A DNA stretch of 64,000 nt from a virus (Duplodnaviria; Caudoviricetes), in the IMG/VR virus record IMGVR_UViG_3300028591_003737, positions 32,001 through 96,000 of that record. One strand, written 5' to 3'. Below the pieces are notes generated by a model, which saw only the letters and a program-made list of their open reading frames with translations, was not told the DNA's origin and did no database searches. How positions within the stretch are numbered: position 1 is the first letter of the stretch; each line of letters begins with the position of its first letter. Both the position numbers and the translations under genes were made by a program. Positions 1-11,282 of this stretch are shown here, one piece after another.

Positions 1-3000
1 TATAATCCATTAATTTGCATTATTTCATAATACTTATTAATGTTTCCAGTTTTTACTTTATATAAATATTTACTTAATAATTTACTATTACCTTTTCTTA
101 AATATTTATAATTATCAGATAATTCATTTGCTGTTAATTTACTTAATAAGAGTGTATATAACTTATTATTTGTTTTATATGTTTGAAGATTTGCAATACA
201 TAATCTATCTCCATAATTATATTTTGTTATAAGTTTACCTGTTGAGTCAGTAGCAGTATTTCCAGTATTTTCATCAGTTACATATCCAGTATGCTTAAAT
301 GTATTGAAACCTGTTTCTTTAATATATAATCCAGTTGTTTCATTACCGATATTACTATTATAAATACCTTTAGCTTCTACATAATCAATTTCTTTATATA
401 CACCTTCTAATGAAACAATATATTTAATATTTACTTTTTGATCATGTTCTATAAGTTCTTGTCTATTTGAAACAGAAAACTTTGTAGAAATAGTTATATC
501 AAAATTACTTAATAAATAAGAAGAATTTGTATCTCTCTTAATTTTATTTTCATCAGCTTCACTATACCATTTATCTTTAGGTATATTCTTGTATATAGAA
601 TCTTTAATTTCATCTAAAGATATAATACCATATCTATTATCATCAAATGCATAAATAGTATTTCCTGATAAATCAAGATCATATATATTAGCAGTTTGTT
701 CTACTGGTATAAATTCTAATACATCACCAATTGTTTCTGCATTTTTATATAACTGAATATTCTTAACTTTAAATTCAGGTAATTTTTCAAGATTAATTTC
801 AGATGTTTCTAATAATCTATAATTTTGTTTTAAATAATAGAATGAATTATCATCAAATCTCTTATTTAATATTGTTGTACTATTAGATGTATCTTCTTCT
901 GATATTTCCCTGAATTTAAATCCATAATATTCTACAGAACCATCATGTACAAAACCTTTATAAGGAATATATGTATTATCTACTTTTTGATAATATTTAT
1001 CACTAGAATTTAATAAATTATTTAATTCTTCTCTAAATTTATTTACATTAGAAGAATTAATAGAATATGATGTAAAATTATAATTGTTTTTATATCTCTT
1101 ATATTTACTAAGATTTACATTTTCTTTATGTTCTCCAGTCTTTAAATAATATCCATATTTTACATAAATATTTAAAGGAAGTTCATTTAAATCCTTTACA
1201 TCATTATATCTATATGGAATATAACTATTATTTACTACAGAATATTTATAATACTTATTATAATCATTTTCTATAGTCTGAGAATTTTTAACAACTTGTT
1301 TAAATGAATCTAATGATAATATACTTGGAGAAATTTTAACATATTGTTCTACTTTCTCATAAAGATTATCTTCATCAATATCATTTATATCAGAATATTC
1401 AACAAACTGATAAGTATAAACATTATCATCAATAGTTTCATTAATATTATATTCTATTGGATAATCTGCTGATACATTTATAAGTTTATTATATATAGGA
1501 GTATTTAATGTTTCTGAATATGTATATGAAATATATGCAAAATATAATCCACTATTAGAATTATTAAATATTTTATCTTTAATATTTTGATATGTTGTTT
1601 CAACTAAATTCTTATTACTATATAATAATTTAAATCTAAGATTATAATCTGTATTATCATTATTTTCTGGTTTCTTATTTTCTACAATATATTCATATGA
1701 GAAAAGATATGTAGGTAATACTTCATGAGATTCTATTGTTTCTACATTATTTTCTTTTTTATAGTTAATAAGATCACTATTTAATACTAATAATTGTTCA
1801 CCATTCTTAAATGAATAAATAATCTTCTGTTCATTAATTGGATTTAATTTAACAATATTAGCATTTACATTATATGATAATCCTTCAATACCAATATTTT
1901 TTATTGTAGGATCTAAATATTCTATTTCATTACCATTAATATAAGCATATGCTCTTATACCATAGTAAGTATAACCATTTACTGTAGGTAATTTACTATA
2001 GTTAGTATAATGTTTAGTTTTATTATTTGAAGAATTATCAATATATACAGATTCATCACCAGCTGATACTTGTGGAATACTTATATCAACTGTATGAACT
2101 GTAATCTCATCTTGAGAAATTGTTGTCTTTACATTTGTATATTCTTCCTCAACTGTTGTTTCTTCTTCAGTATGTTTATCATCATCAGATAAATATATAT
2201 TTACAAATTTCTTAAGTTTAAAACTATTAGAAAGAGTTTTTAAATAAATATATATTCTATCTTCATGACGTTCAGTTTGATAATAAAATACAGATGTATC
2301 ATATGGTTGACCATCTCCTTTAACAATATTAGTACCAGCTTTTTTATATGGATATACTAAATCATTACCATAAAATACTGTTATATTACCATTAAATTCT
2401 TCTTCACCATCTTTCAATTCATATATACAAGCTAAAGTTCTTGCAGCTCCACCAATATTTGTATATAATTTTACAGGATTAACATAATAAATATTAGTAT
2501 GAGTATTTGCTGATACTTGTATAGCCCTATTAGTACTTGTTGCTTCTCCAGTTTGTTCTGTACCATCAGAAAAATTTAAAGTAATATTTAATTTTGAAGC
2601 ATTTTTTGTATTTTGACTATTATTTAATGAATATAAAAAGTTTTCACCACATAACCATACTGCAGGAGGAATACTATTAGTTGTTATTCTTGCATCATTA
2701 TTTAAACCTATAGTATTTAATTTAAATTCAAAAACATAAGTTTGATTAGTATTATCAAATTCTGATTTATACCAATTTATAGAATTTATATTATTACAAG
2801 TACTAACAGATACTGTTTGTGTAGATTGAGTATTACCCCATTCAGGATTTTCAGATTCTTGTGTTACTTGTATAGTTTCTGTAGAATTATATATATATGC
2901 ATTATATGATGATTTATAATATTTCCAATTATGAGTATTACCATAATATGTATAATCAATATCTTCTAATCCATCACCATTATTTATTTTAATTTCAATA

Positions 3001-3884
3001 TTATTATACATATTATTTGCTACATATGAATAGCAAGTTAATATATCTTTATGTTCAGGATTATAATGATTATTATGAACAAAATTATTATCTAATTTAA
3101 TATTTTTTATTTCTGTTTTAGATTTTACTCTAAACCAAATATAATTAAATAAATCACAATATTGTATATTAATATCATCAATATCAATATTTGAATTAAA
3201 TTCTACTGCATATTTATTATAAAATAATTGATTAACATCATTTAATTCTACTTCTTTTCCATTAAATGGTGTTATTTTTTTAAATATTATTTGAAAGTAT
3301 GCAACAACATGACCATTACTGTCATTATGTTTTTTATATATTAAAGTATATATATTTTTTGATGTTTCTGATTCATTTCTTTTATAAAATTTAAAAACAC
3401 CATCTTTTCTTGTTGATTCATAATTATATTTAGTAGTAATATTACTAAAAAATGTTTTATAATCTATATTATTAAGAAATACAGGAGTTGTAAGTTTATT
3501 AATTGTAGTAGTATCAACTTCACCATGACTACTATCATCCCCATATTCTATATTATTACTAAATACTGTTTTACAAGAATTTAATAATAAATTTGCTTGT
3601 TCATAATCAATATTAAATAAATTTTGTAAAACATATTGAGTAAATGTACTATCACCACCTCTATTATAAATTTTAGAATATAAATAAATACCATAATAGT
3701 TATCACTATCATATGAAATAGCTGTATTAGGATGTGATTCATAATATTCTAATGTTCCTTTTGTTTCAGTATTAGATATACCACTAAATACATTACTATT
3801 TTGTTTTGTTGATTGTGAATAATTACTATTTGAAATACTTGTTCCAACTGTTCTAGTTGTTGTTCTTGCTGGTTTTCTAGCCAT
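1..3884 (-). CDS. Large putative virion structural protein (>1290 aa, 3' end beyond window)
   Basis: ATG at 3884 (MARKPARTTRTVGTSISNS...). The frame is open where read, and no stop-terminated ORF appears in the track, so it runs off the window. Asn/Ile/Tyr/Thr-rich; preceded by a TATTTTTA late-type motif. Confidence 0.7.
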   Translation of the reverse strand, partial: MARKPARTTTRTVGTSISNSNYSQSTKQNSNVFSGISNTETKGTLEYYESHPNTAISYDSDNYYGIYLYSKIYNRGGDSTFTQYVLQNLFNIDYEQANLLLNSCKTVFSNNIEYGDDSSHGEVDTTTINKLTTPVFLNNIDYKTFFSNITTKYNYESTRKDGVFKFYKRNESETSKNIYTLIYKKHNDSNGHVVAYFQIIFKKITPFNGKEVELNDVNQLFYNKYAVEFNSNIDIDDINIQYCDLFNYIWFRVKSKTEIKNIKLDNNFVHNNHYNPEHKDILTCYSYVANNMYNNIEIKINNGDGLEDIDYTYYGNTHNWKYYKSSYNAYIYNSTETIQVTQESENPEWGNTQSTQTVSVSTCNNINSINWYKSEFDNTNQTYVFEFKLNTIGLNNDARITTNSIPPAVWLCGENFLYSLNNSQNTKNASKLNITLNFSDGTEQTGEATSTNRAIQVSANTHTNIYYVNPVKLYTNIGGAARTLACIYELKDGEEEFNGNITVFYGNDLVYPYKKAGTNIVKGDGQPYDTSVFYYQTERHEDRIYIYLKTLSNSFKLKKFVNIYLSDDDKHTEEETTVEEEYTNVKTTISQDEITVHTVDISIPQVSAGDESVYIDNSSNNKTKHYTNYSKLPTVNGYTYYGIRAYAYINGNEIEYLDPTIKNIGIEGLSYNVNANIVKLNPINEQKIIYSFKNGEQLLVLNSDLINYKKENNVETIESHEVLPTYLFSYEYIVENKKPENNDNTDYNLRFKLLYSNKNLVETTYQNIKDKIFNNSNSGLYFAYISYTYSETLNTPIYNKLINVSADYPIEYNINETIDDNVYTYQFVEYSDINDIDEDNLYEKVEQYVKISPSILSLDSFKQVVKNSQTIENDYNKYYKYSVVNNSYIPYRYNDVKDLNELPLNIYVKYGYYLKTGEHKENVNLSKYKRYKNNYNFTSYSINSSNVNKFREELNNLLNSSDKYYQKVDNTYIPYKGFVHDGSVEYYGFKFREISEEDTSNSTTILNKRFDDNSFYYLKQNYRLLETSEINLEKLPEFKVKNIQLYKNAETIGDVLEFIPVEQTANIYDLDLSGNTIYAFDDNRYGIISLDEIKDSIYKNIPKDKWYSEADENKIKRDTNSSYLLSNFDITISTKFSVSNRQELIEHDQKVNIKYIVSLEGVYKEIDYVEAKGIYNSNIGNETTGLYIKETGFNTFKHTGYVTDENTGNTATDSTGKLITKYNYGDRLCIANLQTYKTNNKLYTLLLSKLTANELSDNYKYLRKGNSKLLSKYLYKVKTGNINKYYEIMQINGL

Positions 3885-3958
3885 AAATTATTTAATATAT
3901 ACTTATATATATAAAAATAATTTTTACTAGTTTAATATAAATAAAAAAGAGAACCATT

Positions 3959-4534
3959 TTATGATTCTCTTATGATGTCTTCTAAACTATTTATTAAGTA
4001 TTCTTTATTTTCTTTAGTTAGTTTAGTATTTTCATTTAATTTATTCCTAATATAATTAATGATAGTACTTTGCAATATTTCTCGTTTATCATTATTCTCT
4101 ATTTTATAAAATATATCTTTTATAATATCTTTACTTGTTAAATCTTCAATATCACTAATTATATACTTTTCTTTAAAGAATTTTTCATATAAATCAGTAA
4201 CTATATTTTGAAGATACATAAACATAAAATCTTTATTAAGATTTTCTAAGGAATATAGTTCTTGAATACTTACTTCTTTTTGATTATAAATATTCTCATT
4301 CCCAGTATTTATAAATGATAATTTAAGAAATGTTTTATCATAAGTATCATAATTAAATACATAATTATTTATAATATTTAAGAATTTTTCATCTTTAGAA
4401 ATCTTATCAAATATATCATCAATACCATTCCAATAAAAGATTATAGGAAATCCATTATTGTCATTGAGTAAGACATTTACATTTTCAAGTTCACTTGATA
4501 CAATATTTATTGCTACAAAACATGAATTTATCAT
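3959..4534 (-). CDS. Hypothetical protein
   Basis: 191-aa ORF with a promoter-like motif upstream and a hairpin at the 3' end. Confidence 0.6.
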   Translation of the reverse strand: MINSCFVAINIVSSELENVNVLLNDNNGFPIIFYWNGIDDIFDKISKDEKFLNIINNYVFNYDTYDKTFLKLSFINTGNENIYNQKEVSIQELYSLENLNKDFMFMYLQNIVTDLYEKFFKEKYIISDIEDLTSKDIIKDIFYKIENNDKREILQSTIINYIRNKLNENTKLTKENKEYLINSLEDIIRES

Positions 4535-4656
4535 ATCAAAAGATATATATTATTATATATTTATTATAGAAAACTTCAAAAATATATTCATGTGAAATCA
4601 TTGTAGATATTCGGTGAAAATTTCTATATTTAATAAAAATATTGTTGGTATTGTAG

Positions 4657-5688
4657 ATGCGTGAGCTTTTAATTGGTGATTTACATTTCGGTATAAAATC
4701 AAATTCAACATCTTGGTTAGATACACAAAGAGATTTTTTTGAAAAACAGATATTCAAAATTATAGAAGAAGAGAATATTGATAGAATAGTTTTTCTTGGT
4801 GACTTATTTGATATTCGTTATTCTATAAATCAGCAAATAGGTATTGAAGTAAAAAATATAATTCGTAATCTTGTAAATAGATTTCAATATCCTAAACAAA
4901 TAATATTCTTAGCTGGTAACCATGACTATTATTCTCCTCTAGAAGAGTTCGATTCTTATAATGCTTATGAACTTGTCTTTGGTCCAGAATTTAAAAAGTG
5001 TTATCCAAATATTAGATTTGTAACAACAGAACCATATTTAGATGAGAATGGTGGATTATTCCTTCCATGGTATTGGACAGAAAATCCTGAACATTTTGAT
5101 GAATTACTTTATAGATATAAATTTGGTTCTGAAGTAAAGGCTATTTATTGTCATGCTGATTTGACTATATGGCCTGGTGGTAGAATATCTTGTCTTAAAG
5201 GAATTCCTGTATATTCTGGTCATATTCATTATCTTTATGATGATGAAATAGGAAATCTTCATAATCTTGGAGCAGCTCTTGCTCTTACATTTGGTGATAC
5301 TAATCAAGACAGATATTTATATATTCTTGAAGATTTTAAGATTGTTAAGACTATCACAAATGATACAACTCCTAAATTTAAGAGAATATTTAATGAAGAT
5401 ATATTTACAGTAACTGGAGAGGATTTTAATAATTCTTATATGCAGATTTGTATTAATTCAAGTAATATAAATAAAGCGCAATATATAGATCAAATAAAGG
5501 CTATTAAAACTTCTTATACTGATGCATATATCAGAATTCACGTTATTGATGATGATCAAGAAAGAAATCCTCAGATTATAGCAGAAGGATTTAATACTAA
5601 TATTGGAGATTATATTGAGAATAATATCCCTGACCATCTTAATGATAAATATACTATGATTAAGAACAAATTAAACAATGCTGATTAA
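4657..5688 (+). CDS. Mre11/SbcD-like recombination nuclease (T4 gp47-like)
   Basis: Metallophosphoesterase motifs GDLH, LGDLFD, GNHD, SGHIH; lies upstream of a Rad50-like gene. Confidence 0.9.
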   Translation: MRELLIGDLHFGIKSNSTSWLDTQRDFFEKQIFKIIEEENIDRIVFLGDLFDIRYSINQQIGIEVKNIIRNLVNRFQYPKQIIFLAGNHDYYSPLEEFDSYNAYELVFGPEFKKCYPNIRFVTTEPYLDENGGLFLPWYWTENPEHFDELLYRYKFGSEVKAIYCHADLTIWPGGRISCLKGIPVYSGHIHYLYDDEIGNLHNLGAALALTFGDTNQDRYLYILEDFKIVKTITNDTTPKFKRIFNEDIFTVTGEDFNNSYMQICINSSNINKAQYIDQIKAIKTSYTDAYIRIHVIDDDQERNPQIIAEGFNTNIGDYIENNIPDHLNDKYTMIKNKLNNAD

Positions 5689-5690
5689 TT

Positions 5691-6491
5691 ATGATTAAGT
5701 GTATTTATACAAATATAAAAAATCAACATCGTTATCTTGAACAATGGATAGAATATCATATCCGTTTAGGATTTAATTATTTTATCTTTTATCAAGAGAA
5801 GGATAGTATTTCTCATGAGGATATTATCAATAAATATAATAAAGTATGTAGGATTGATTTTTTTGATTATGTATTAAATAAAGAAACATTTGAACCTAAA
5901 GAGATTACTTGTTTCAAACATTTATTAAAAAATTATAATAATATTGATTGGTTAATAAAATTAGATCCAGATGAGTATATATCACTTCCTGGTGATATGA
6001 CTATTGATGATGTATTTTATAATGTAAATGAAGAAGTAATTAAAGAGATAATTCTTGAGAGAAAAATATATAATGCTAATGGATTTATAAATGAACCATC
6101 ACATAATAATTATGATTTAGTAGATACATATATAGATTCTATAAATGAAGATAAATTAGCAACATTTTATAATACTAATATTTCATTTAAAGAATTTAAA
6201 AATACTAAAGCAATTTTAAATTATAAAAGTTTTATACAAGAATATTCTGAAGATGATTTAAGTATGAATTATCCATATAGTTTTTATGATTATACAGATG
6301 AAGATGTTTTGTATTTAAATGGTATAGTCATAAATTACTATATTACTAAATCATTTGAAGAATTTTATAGTAAGATAAATCATAATGAGATTAATATGAA
6401 ACTTGGAGATTTCTTCATATTTAATCCAGATATGATTGATAGAATTCCTGAGATAGAAAATAAATTTAATATAAATGTTTTTACAGCATGA
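5691..6491 (+). CDS. Glycosyltransferase, GT-A fold (GT92/GT2-like)
   Basis: YLEQWIEYH..LGF N-terminal signature; DWLIKLDPDEY (DxDE); late YxTKSFEEF motif. Confidence 0.7.
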   Translation: MIKCIYTNIKNQHRYLEQWIEYHIRLGFNYFIFYQEKDSISHEDIINKYNKVCRIDFFDYVLNKETFEPKEITCFKHLLKNYNNIDWLIKLDPDEYISLPGDMTIDDVFYNVNEEVIKEIILERKIYNANGFINEPSHNNYDLVDTYIDSINEDKLATFYNTNISFKEFKNTKAILNYKSFIQEYSEDDLSMNYPYSFYDYTDEDVLYLNGIVINYYITKSFEEFYSKINHNEINMKLGDFFIFNPDMIDRIPEIENKFNINVFTA

Positions 6492-8185
6492 TAATTAAAG
6501 ATATTAAGATAACTAATTTTAAATCACTATATGGTGAGAATTATTTTAATTTCCAGCAATTAGATGGACTTATTAAATTATCTGGTCCAATTGGTAGTGG
6601 AAAGACTAGTCTTGCTGAAGCAATTCTTTATGGTCTTTATGGTACTATTCAAGGACAGACAAATACAAGTCTTGTTGCTTGGAATATGAAGAGTTGTACA
6701 GTAGAGATAAATCTTGTTTCAAAAAATAAAGAAGTTCATATTATTCGTAATTCTATAGAGCCTCTTATCATTGAAATAAATGGTAAGACACTTTCAGCAT
6801 CAAGTAAGAGAAATACTCAAGAAATTCTTGAAGAAGAGATTTTTGATGTACCTAAACTTGCTGTAACAAAGATGTGTATTATTTCATTTAATGAATTTAG
6901 TAATAGTCTTGCTAAGATGAATCCTCAACAGACTAAGCAATTTCTTGATGATATTTTCGGATTTAAACTTTTTACTGAATATAATGATGAAGTTGTAATT
7001 GAAAGAAAGAATCAGATTAATGAATCGACAAAACTTAATGCTATTTATACTGAAACCGAAAATCAGATTAAGAGATTAAAAGAGAAGAAAGAACAACAAC
7101 AGAATGAGATTAAACTTTCAGTTGATACACATGCTCTTGACAATGAAAGAAAGCAATATGTTGAACAAGGTAAGAAATTAAAAGAAGACAGATCTAATTT
7201 AGAAGCAGAACAACAGTCAAAAGTTAATGAAGTAAATAAAAAGATTGATGAGATAAGTCAAAAGATTACTGAATATTCTACATTAGGTCGTCAAGAAAAA
7301 TCATATTATAATACATTTAAATCTGGTATATGTCCAACTTGTGGTAGTAAGATTGATGAGTCACATATTGAAGAACATAAGAATAAGATGTTAGAATATG
7401 CTGCTAAAGTAAATGAATGTAATGCTACTAAAGAAGAATATAAGAAAGAATTAAGTGTTATTGCTCAAGAATATAAACCTAAATTTGATGAGATAGCAAC
7501 AAATATTAAAGAATTAGTTAATAAGATAAATAATATTGACTCAGAATTAAAGATATTTGAGAATAATCTTAAAGTTATTAATGCTAATTATGATGATTTA
7601 ATTACTGAGCAAGAACAGAAATTAAAAGATATTAAAGAGAATATTGATAAGAATGATCTTGAGATTGGTGAATGGAATGAGATGAATGAATTATTTACAA
7701 AAACACTTAGATATAATCTTCTTGATACACTTATTCCTCATATTAATAAATCAATTCAATATTATATCAATAAACTTGACCAACCATATAAGATTGAATA
7801 TGACCAAGAGTTTAAACCTCATATTTTTGTAGATACATTTGGTAAAGAAATATCTTATGGTAACTTAAGTACAGGACAAAAGAAGACTCTTGATATTGCA
7901 ATTATATTTGGTATTCTTCAGAATATTATTGCTAATGTTAACTTTAATATTATATTCCTTGATGAGTTATTCTCAAATATGGATAGTGATTCTAGAAATA
8001 CTATGTTAGGTCTTATTAAAGAAAACTTTAAAGATGATAAATCAGTATTTATTATGAATCATGCTGAAATGAGCGATGATTATTTCAAACATAAGATTAG
8101 AGTATCATTACAACAAAGAAAAATTACAGTGAAGAAACTTGGTGATATTGTAGTTAAGAAATCAATTTATGATCAGATATTATAA
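6488..8185 (+). CDS. Rad50/SbcC-like ATPase (T4 gp46-like)
   Basis: Walker A GPIGSGKT, coiled coil with CPTCG zinc hook, LSTGQ signature, Walker B FLDE. Confidence 0.92.
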   Translation: MIIKDIKITNFKSLYGENYFNFQQLDGLIKLSGPIGSGKTSLAEAILYGLYGTIQGQTNTSLVAWNMKSCTVEINLVSKNKEVHIIRNSIEPLIIEINGKTLSASSKRNTQEILEEEIFDVPKLAVTKMCIISFNEFSNSLAKMNPQQTKQFLDDIFGFKLFTEYNDEVVIERKNQINESTKLNAIYTETENQIKRLKEKKEQQQNEIKLSVDTHALDNERKQYVEQGKKLKEDRSNLEAEQQSKVNEVNKKIDEISQKITEYSTLGRQEKSYYNTFKSGICPTCGSKIDESHIEEHKNKMLEYAAKVNECNATKEEYKKELSVIAQEYKPKFDEIATNIKELVNKINNIDSELKIFENNLKVINANYDDLITEQEQKLKDIKENIDKNDLEIGEWNEMNELFTKTLRYNLLDTLIPHINKSIQYYINKLDQPYKIEYDQEFKPHIFVDTFGKEISYGNLSTGQKKTLDIAIIFGILQNIIANVNFNIIFLDELFSNMDSDSRNTMLGLIKENFKDDKSVFIMNHAEMSDDYFKHKIRVSLQQRKITVKKLGDIVVKKSIYDQIL

Positions 8186-8219
8186 AAAAAGAGAGGTATT
8201 AAACCTCTCTTTCTTTTTT
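8184..8219. terminator. Bidirectional intrinsic terminator
   Basis: A7-GAGAGGT-ATTAA-ACCTCTC-T-rich tail between convergent genes. Confidence 0.8.
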
Positions 8220-8233
8220 ATATATTATATTGA

Positions 8234-9229
8234 TTACTTGTTAATTCCAAGCATAATACTCTGTCCATTTCCAAGCATATAGGTAGGAAGCTCACCATTC
8301 CACTTGTTAATCCACTCAAGTTCAACAATTCGAGGGTTAGTAGAAATTGACTGTCCCTTAATCTTAAGTGCCTGTGCTTCAGCTTCAGCCTGAGTAATAT
8401 CAATATCCTTCTGAATCTGTGCCTGCTTCAAAAGCTCATTCTTCTGCTTAGTTACCTCAATAAGAGTAAGTGCCTTCTGTTCCTCAAGTTTCTTCTGGTT
8501 AATAGACTGCTCATATTCCTGATTGTAATAAACCTCACGAATATCAATCTGCTCAAGAATAAGATGATATGCCTCAATATCCTTCTTCATCTTATCATAA
8601 GTAAGCTGCTGAATTTCCTCACGCTTATTAGAATAAACTTCAATAGGAGTATACTTAGAAGCAGTAAGAGCAAGTGCAGACTTCAACTTAGCTTTAATAA
8701 CATTCTCTTCAAGCCAAAGGAATCGCCCATTATTAGAGTCATCAAGTTCAGATACATTGTCATAAATCCACCATGCATATTCCTCATCAATCTTCCAGGA
8801 TGCAGAGATAGCAAATCCCATCTTAATACCATCAACAGTAGGTGCCCAGATTGTAGTGCCCTGTACAGAACTCTTCTTAGCATCAGTCATACGAGTATCA
8901 TCTGTAGAAGCATCAGTACGAGAACCAAGATTAGCACAAGTATAAACCTGAACAGTCTTATCCATCTTTACAACCTTATACCAAGGCATTACCATATGCC
9001 AACCAGTCCTATAAGATTCATGTTTAACACCTCCAGGAGTAACTACAACACCACATTCCTGTGCAGGAATAACTGCGACAAAACTAAGACTGATAGCAAC
9101 TACAATACCAGCAATAAGAATCATAATATGGTTAGGAAGAACCTTCTCGTCCTGAACCTTGTTAGTAATAGCAGCAATAACCCAATAAAGGATTGCAAGA
9201 ATTGCAAGAATAGTAATAAATGTAAGCAT
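8234..9229 (-). CDS. SPFH/Band-7 (prohibitin-like) membrane protein
   Basis: Two N-terminal TM segments, GVVVTPGG, GWH..PW, coiled coil with AEAEA, KWNGELP C-terminal motif. Confidence 0.88.
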   Translation of the reverse strand: MLTFITILAILAILYWVIAAITNKVQDEKVLPNHIMILIAGIVVAISLSFVAVIPAQECGVVVTPGGVKHESYRTGWHMVMPWYKVVKMDKTVQVYTCANLGSRTDASTDDTRMTDAKKSSVQGTTIWAPTVDGIKMGFAISASWKIDEEYAWWIYDNVSELDDSNNGRFLWLEENVIKAKLKSALALTASKYTPIEVYSNKREEIQQLTYDKMKKDIEAYHLILEQIDIREVYYNQEYEQSINQKKLEEQKALTLIEVTKQKNELLKQAQIQKDIDITQAEAEAQALKIKGQSISTNPRIVELEWINKWNGELPTYMLGNGQSIMLGINK

Positions 9230-9261
9230 AATGTTTTAATGTTTAAAGTTAATATTAATAT

Positions 9262-9525
9262 TTATCGAGATTCAATAAAATATACGGTGCTTTCCATTAC
9301 ACCCCAACTAGAACTTTCCTGGAATGTCTTTGTTACTGGAACATAATCAGGAGTCATAGGACGTGTAAGATAGAACAAGTCATCATCTTTCCACGTAACC
9401 TCCATAAGTTCCTGTCCAGCAGGAAGATTGATAGTCATTTCACCACCAAACTGACGAGTACGAATCTGCTCAGTACATCCACAGAGACAGATAATTGCAG
9501 CAATGATTAAAATAAATTTCTTCAT
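9262..9525 (-). CDS. Small lipoprotein
   Basis: Signal peptide with lipobox LCGC. Confidence 0.7.
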   Translation of the reverse strand: MKKFILIIAAIICLCGCTEQIRTRQFGGEMTINLPAGQELMEVTWKDDDLFYLTRPMTPDYVPVTKTFQESSSWGVMESTVYFIESR

Positions 9526-9563
9526 AATATTTTTAATAATTTAAAGGATTAATATATTAAACT

Positions 9564-10045
9564 TTAATATTCTAATAGACCTTTAGAATAAATCCAACAC
9601 TGACCAGTTGCATATTCACAACCATTTGGAGTACGATGAGAAACAGTAAGACTTGCCGGAACATCAACCTCCACATAGTCTCCTTCATCTTTGAACTGAA
9701 AAATTTCTTCCTTATCAACAATAGAATGAAGCATAACTTCATCTGAATCATTGAATCCATTAAGCATTCTTTTTAGATCACCTACTGTCAAGGTTTTTGC
9801 AGGAAATACTTTATCCATAATGTTTATTTTAATTACATATCTTCAGGTGCATATTCATATTCATCACCAGCAGTATATTCATGATTCTTATCAACTATTC
9901 CAAATAACATTAAAACAGTTTCAGAACCTTCATAAAAAGCTTTCTCTATATCAGAAACAGTAAAAGTTGACTTTTCACAAAATAACTTAGCACTAAACTC
10001 ATTCCATGCATTGTGAATATTATTTGCAATATCTATATTCGTCAT
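9564..10045 (-). CDS. Two small hypothetical proteins (9564-9818, 9833-10045)
   Basis: Tandem ORFs downstream of the promoter at 10072-10099. Confidence 0.6.
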
Positions 10046-10071
10046 AATGTTTGTTTTTTAATTACATTATA

Positions 10072-10099
10072 AATATAGTAAATAGTTAAAAAAATTCAA
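10072..10099 (-). promoter_or_regulatory. Class I phage promoter TTGAA-N16-CTATATT
   Basis: Same bipartite motif recurs upstream of many operons. Confidence 0.7.
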
Positions 10100-10250
10100 T
10101 GAAATACAGTAGAAATTCAAATGTTTTTTCTATTTTTATATAAAGATATTATTTTATAGATTTGTAGAGAAGTATTTATGCTTCCCTTGAGATTTATAAC
10201 AGAATCGAATACATTTCTATGAAGTTTATAAATATATCCAATAAACTTTT

Positions 10251-11225
10251 ATGAATACTTTAAAAACTAAGTCAAATGATGACAAAAACTTTTCTAAATT
10301 AGCAGTTAACAAATCATTGTTAAAAGAGTACAAAACTTCTGATTGTACAAGAACCGTATATCTTAATGACGGTGATGAATTTCAAATTCAGTTATTTAAT
10401 CCTGAAACTACAGAAATTGGAGCAGAGATTTTTATTGATGGTGAACCACTATCTAATATCATTATCTTAAATCCAGGTGAAAGAATGTGGTTAGAGAGAT
10501 ATACTGATAAAGCAAAGAAATTCAAATTTAAGGTTTATACAGTAGATGGTGAATCTAAGGCAGTAGAAAAAGCAATTGCTCATAATGGAGAAATTGAAAT
10601 TAAGTTCTATAGAAAGCAGAAACCTACTATAATCAATCGTTATCATTATCCTGATTATATATATAGAGATATTACTGTAGAACCTTGGAAACCAAACATT
10701 TGGTATAACTATAACATTACATGTAGTGATGCAAATTCAGTTAATACAGTTGATTCAGGAATAACTAATTTTTCAGCAAATCTTGATTTAAATTCTGTAA
10801 ACTATTGTTCATGTGAACTTGGTGCTGCTACTGGTGTGTATGATGCAAGTGATGTAACAGCAAGTGCTTCAGCATCAAGCGCTACAGCCCTTGAATTTAC
10901 TCCAGAAAAAGCATCATTTAGTTGTGGTGAAACACATTATGAAGATGGTAGTTCATCTAGTTGGGCAGCTTATGATGGTGATGCTGATCCTAATTTAATT
11001 GAAACTGGTCGTGTTGCTGAAGGAAGTCATTCAAATCAGAAATTCCAGAATGTTGATATTGATCTTGAAATATTTGCATTTAGAACTGAAAAGTTTAAGA
11101 TTCTTCCTTATTCAAGAAAACCTTATACAGCAAATGATGCAAAGAAGATTTATTGTTCAAGTTGTGGACATAAATTAAATACAAAGTTTAAATATTGTCC
11201 ATATTGTGGTGCAGAAATCGATTAA
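10251..11225 (+). CDS. Phage protein with C-terminal double zinc ribbon
   Basis: N-terminal beta domain (EFQIQLFNP, WLERY), low-complexity linker, ETGRVAEG, CSSCG...CPYCG. Confidence 0.7.
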   Translation: MNTLKTKSNDDKNFSKLAVNKSLLKEYKTSDCTRTVYLNDGDEFQIQLFNPETTEIGAEIFIDGEPLSNIIILNPGERMWLERYTDKAKKFKFKVYTVDGESKAVEKAIAHNGEIEIKFYRKQKPTIINRYHYPDYIYRDITVEPWKPNIWYNYNITCSDANSVNTVDSGITNFSANLDLNSVNYCSCELGAATGVYDASDVTASASASSATALEFTPEKASFSCGETHYEDGSSSSWAAYDGDADPNLIETGRVAEGSHSNQKFQNVDIDLEIFAFRTEKFKILPYSRKPYTANDAKKIYCSSCGHKLNTKFKYCPYCGAEID

Positions 11226-11282
11226 AATTTAAATATAAAAGTTATTTTTACATAACTAACAAATAAATAATTATATATAGAA

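Noticed and set aside
8564-9346. Long antisense ORFs (also 48921-49730, 44576-45151, 37897-38424 and many short ones)
   Set aside because: They lie opposite well-supported genes and have no motifs; they are shadows of codon bias.
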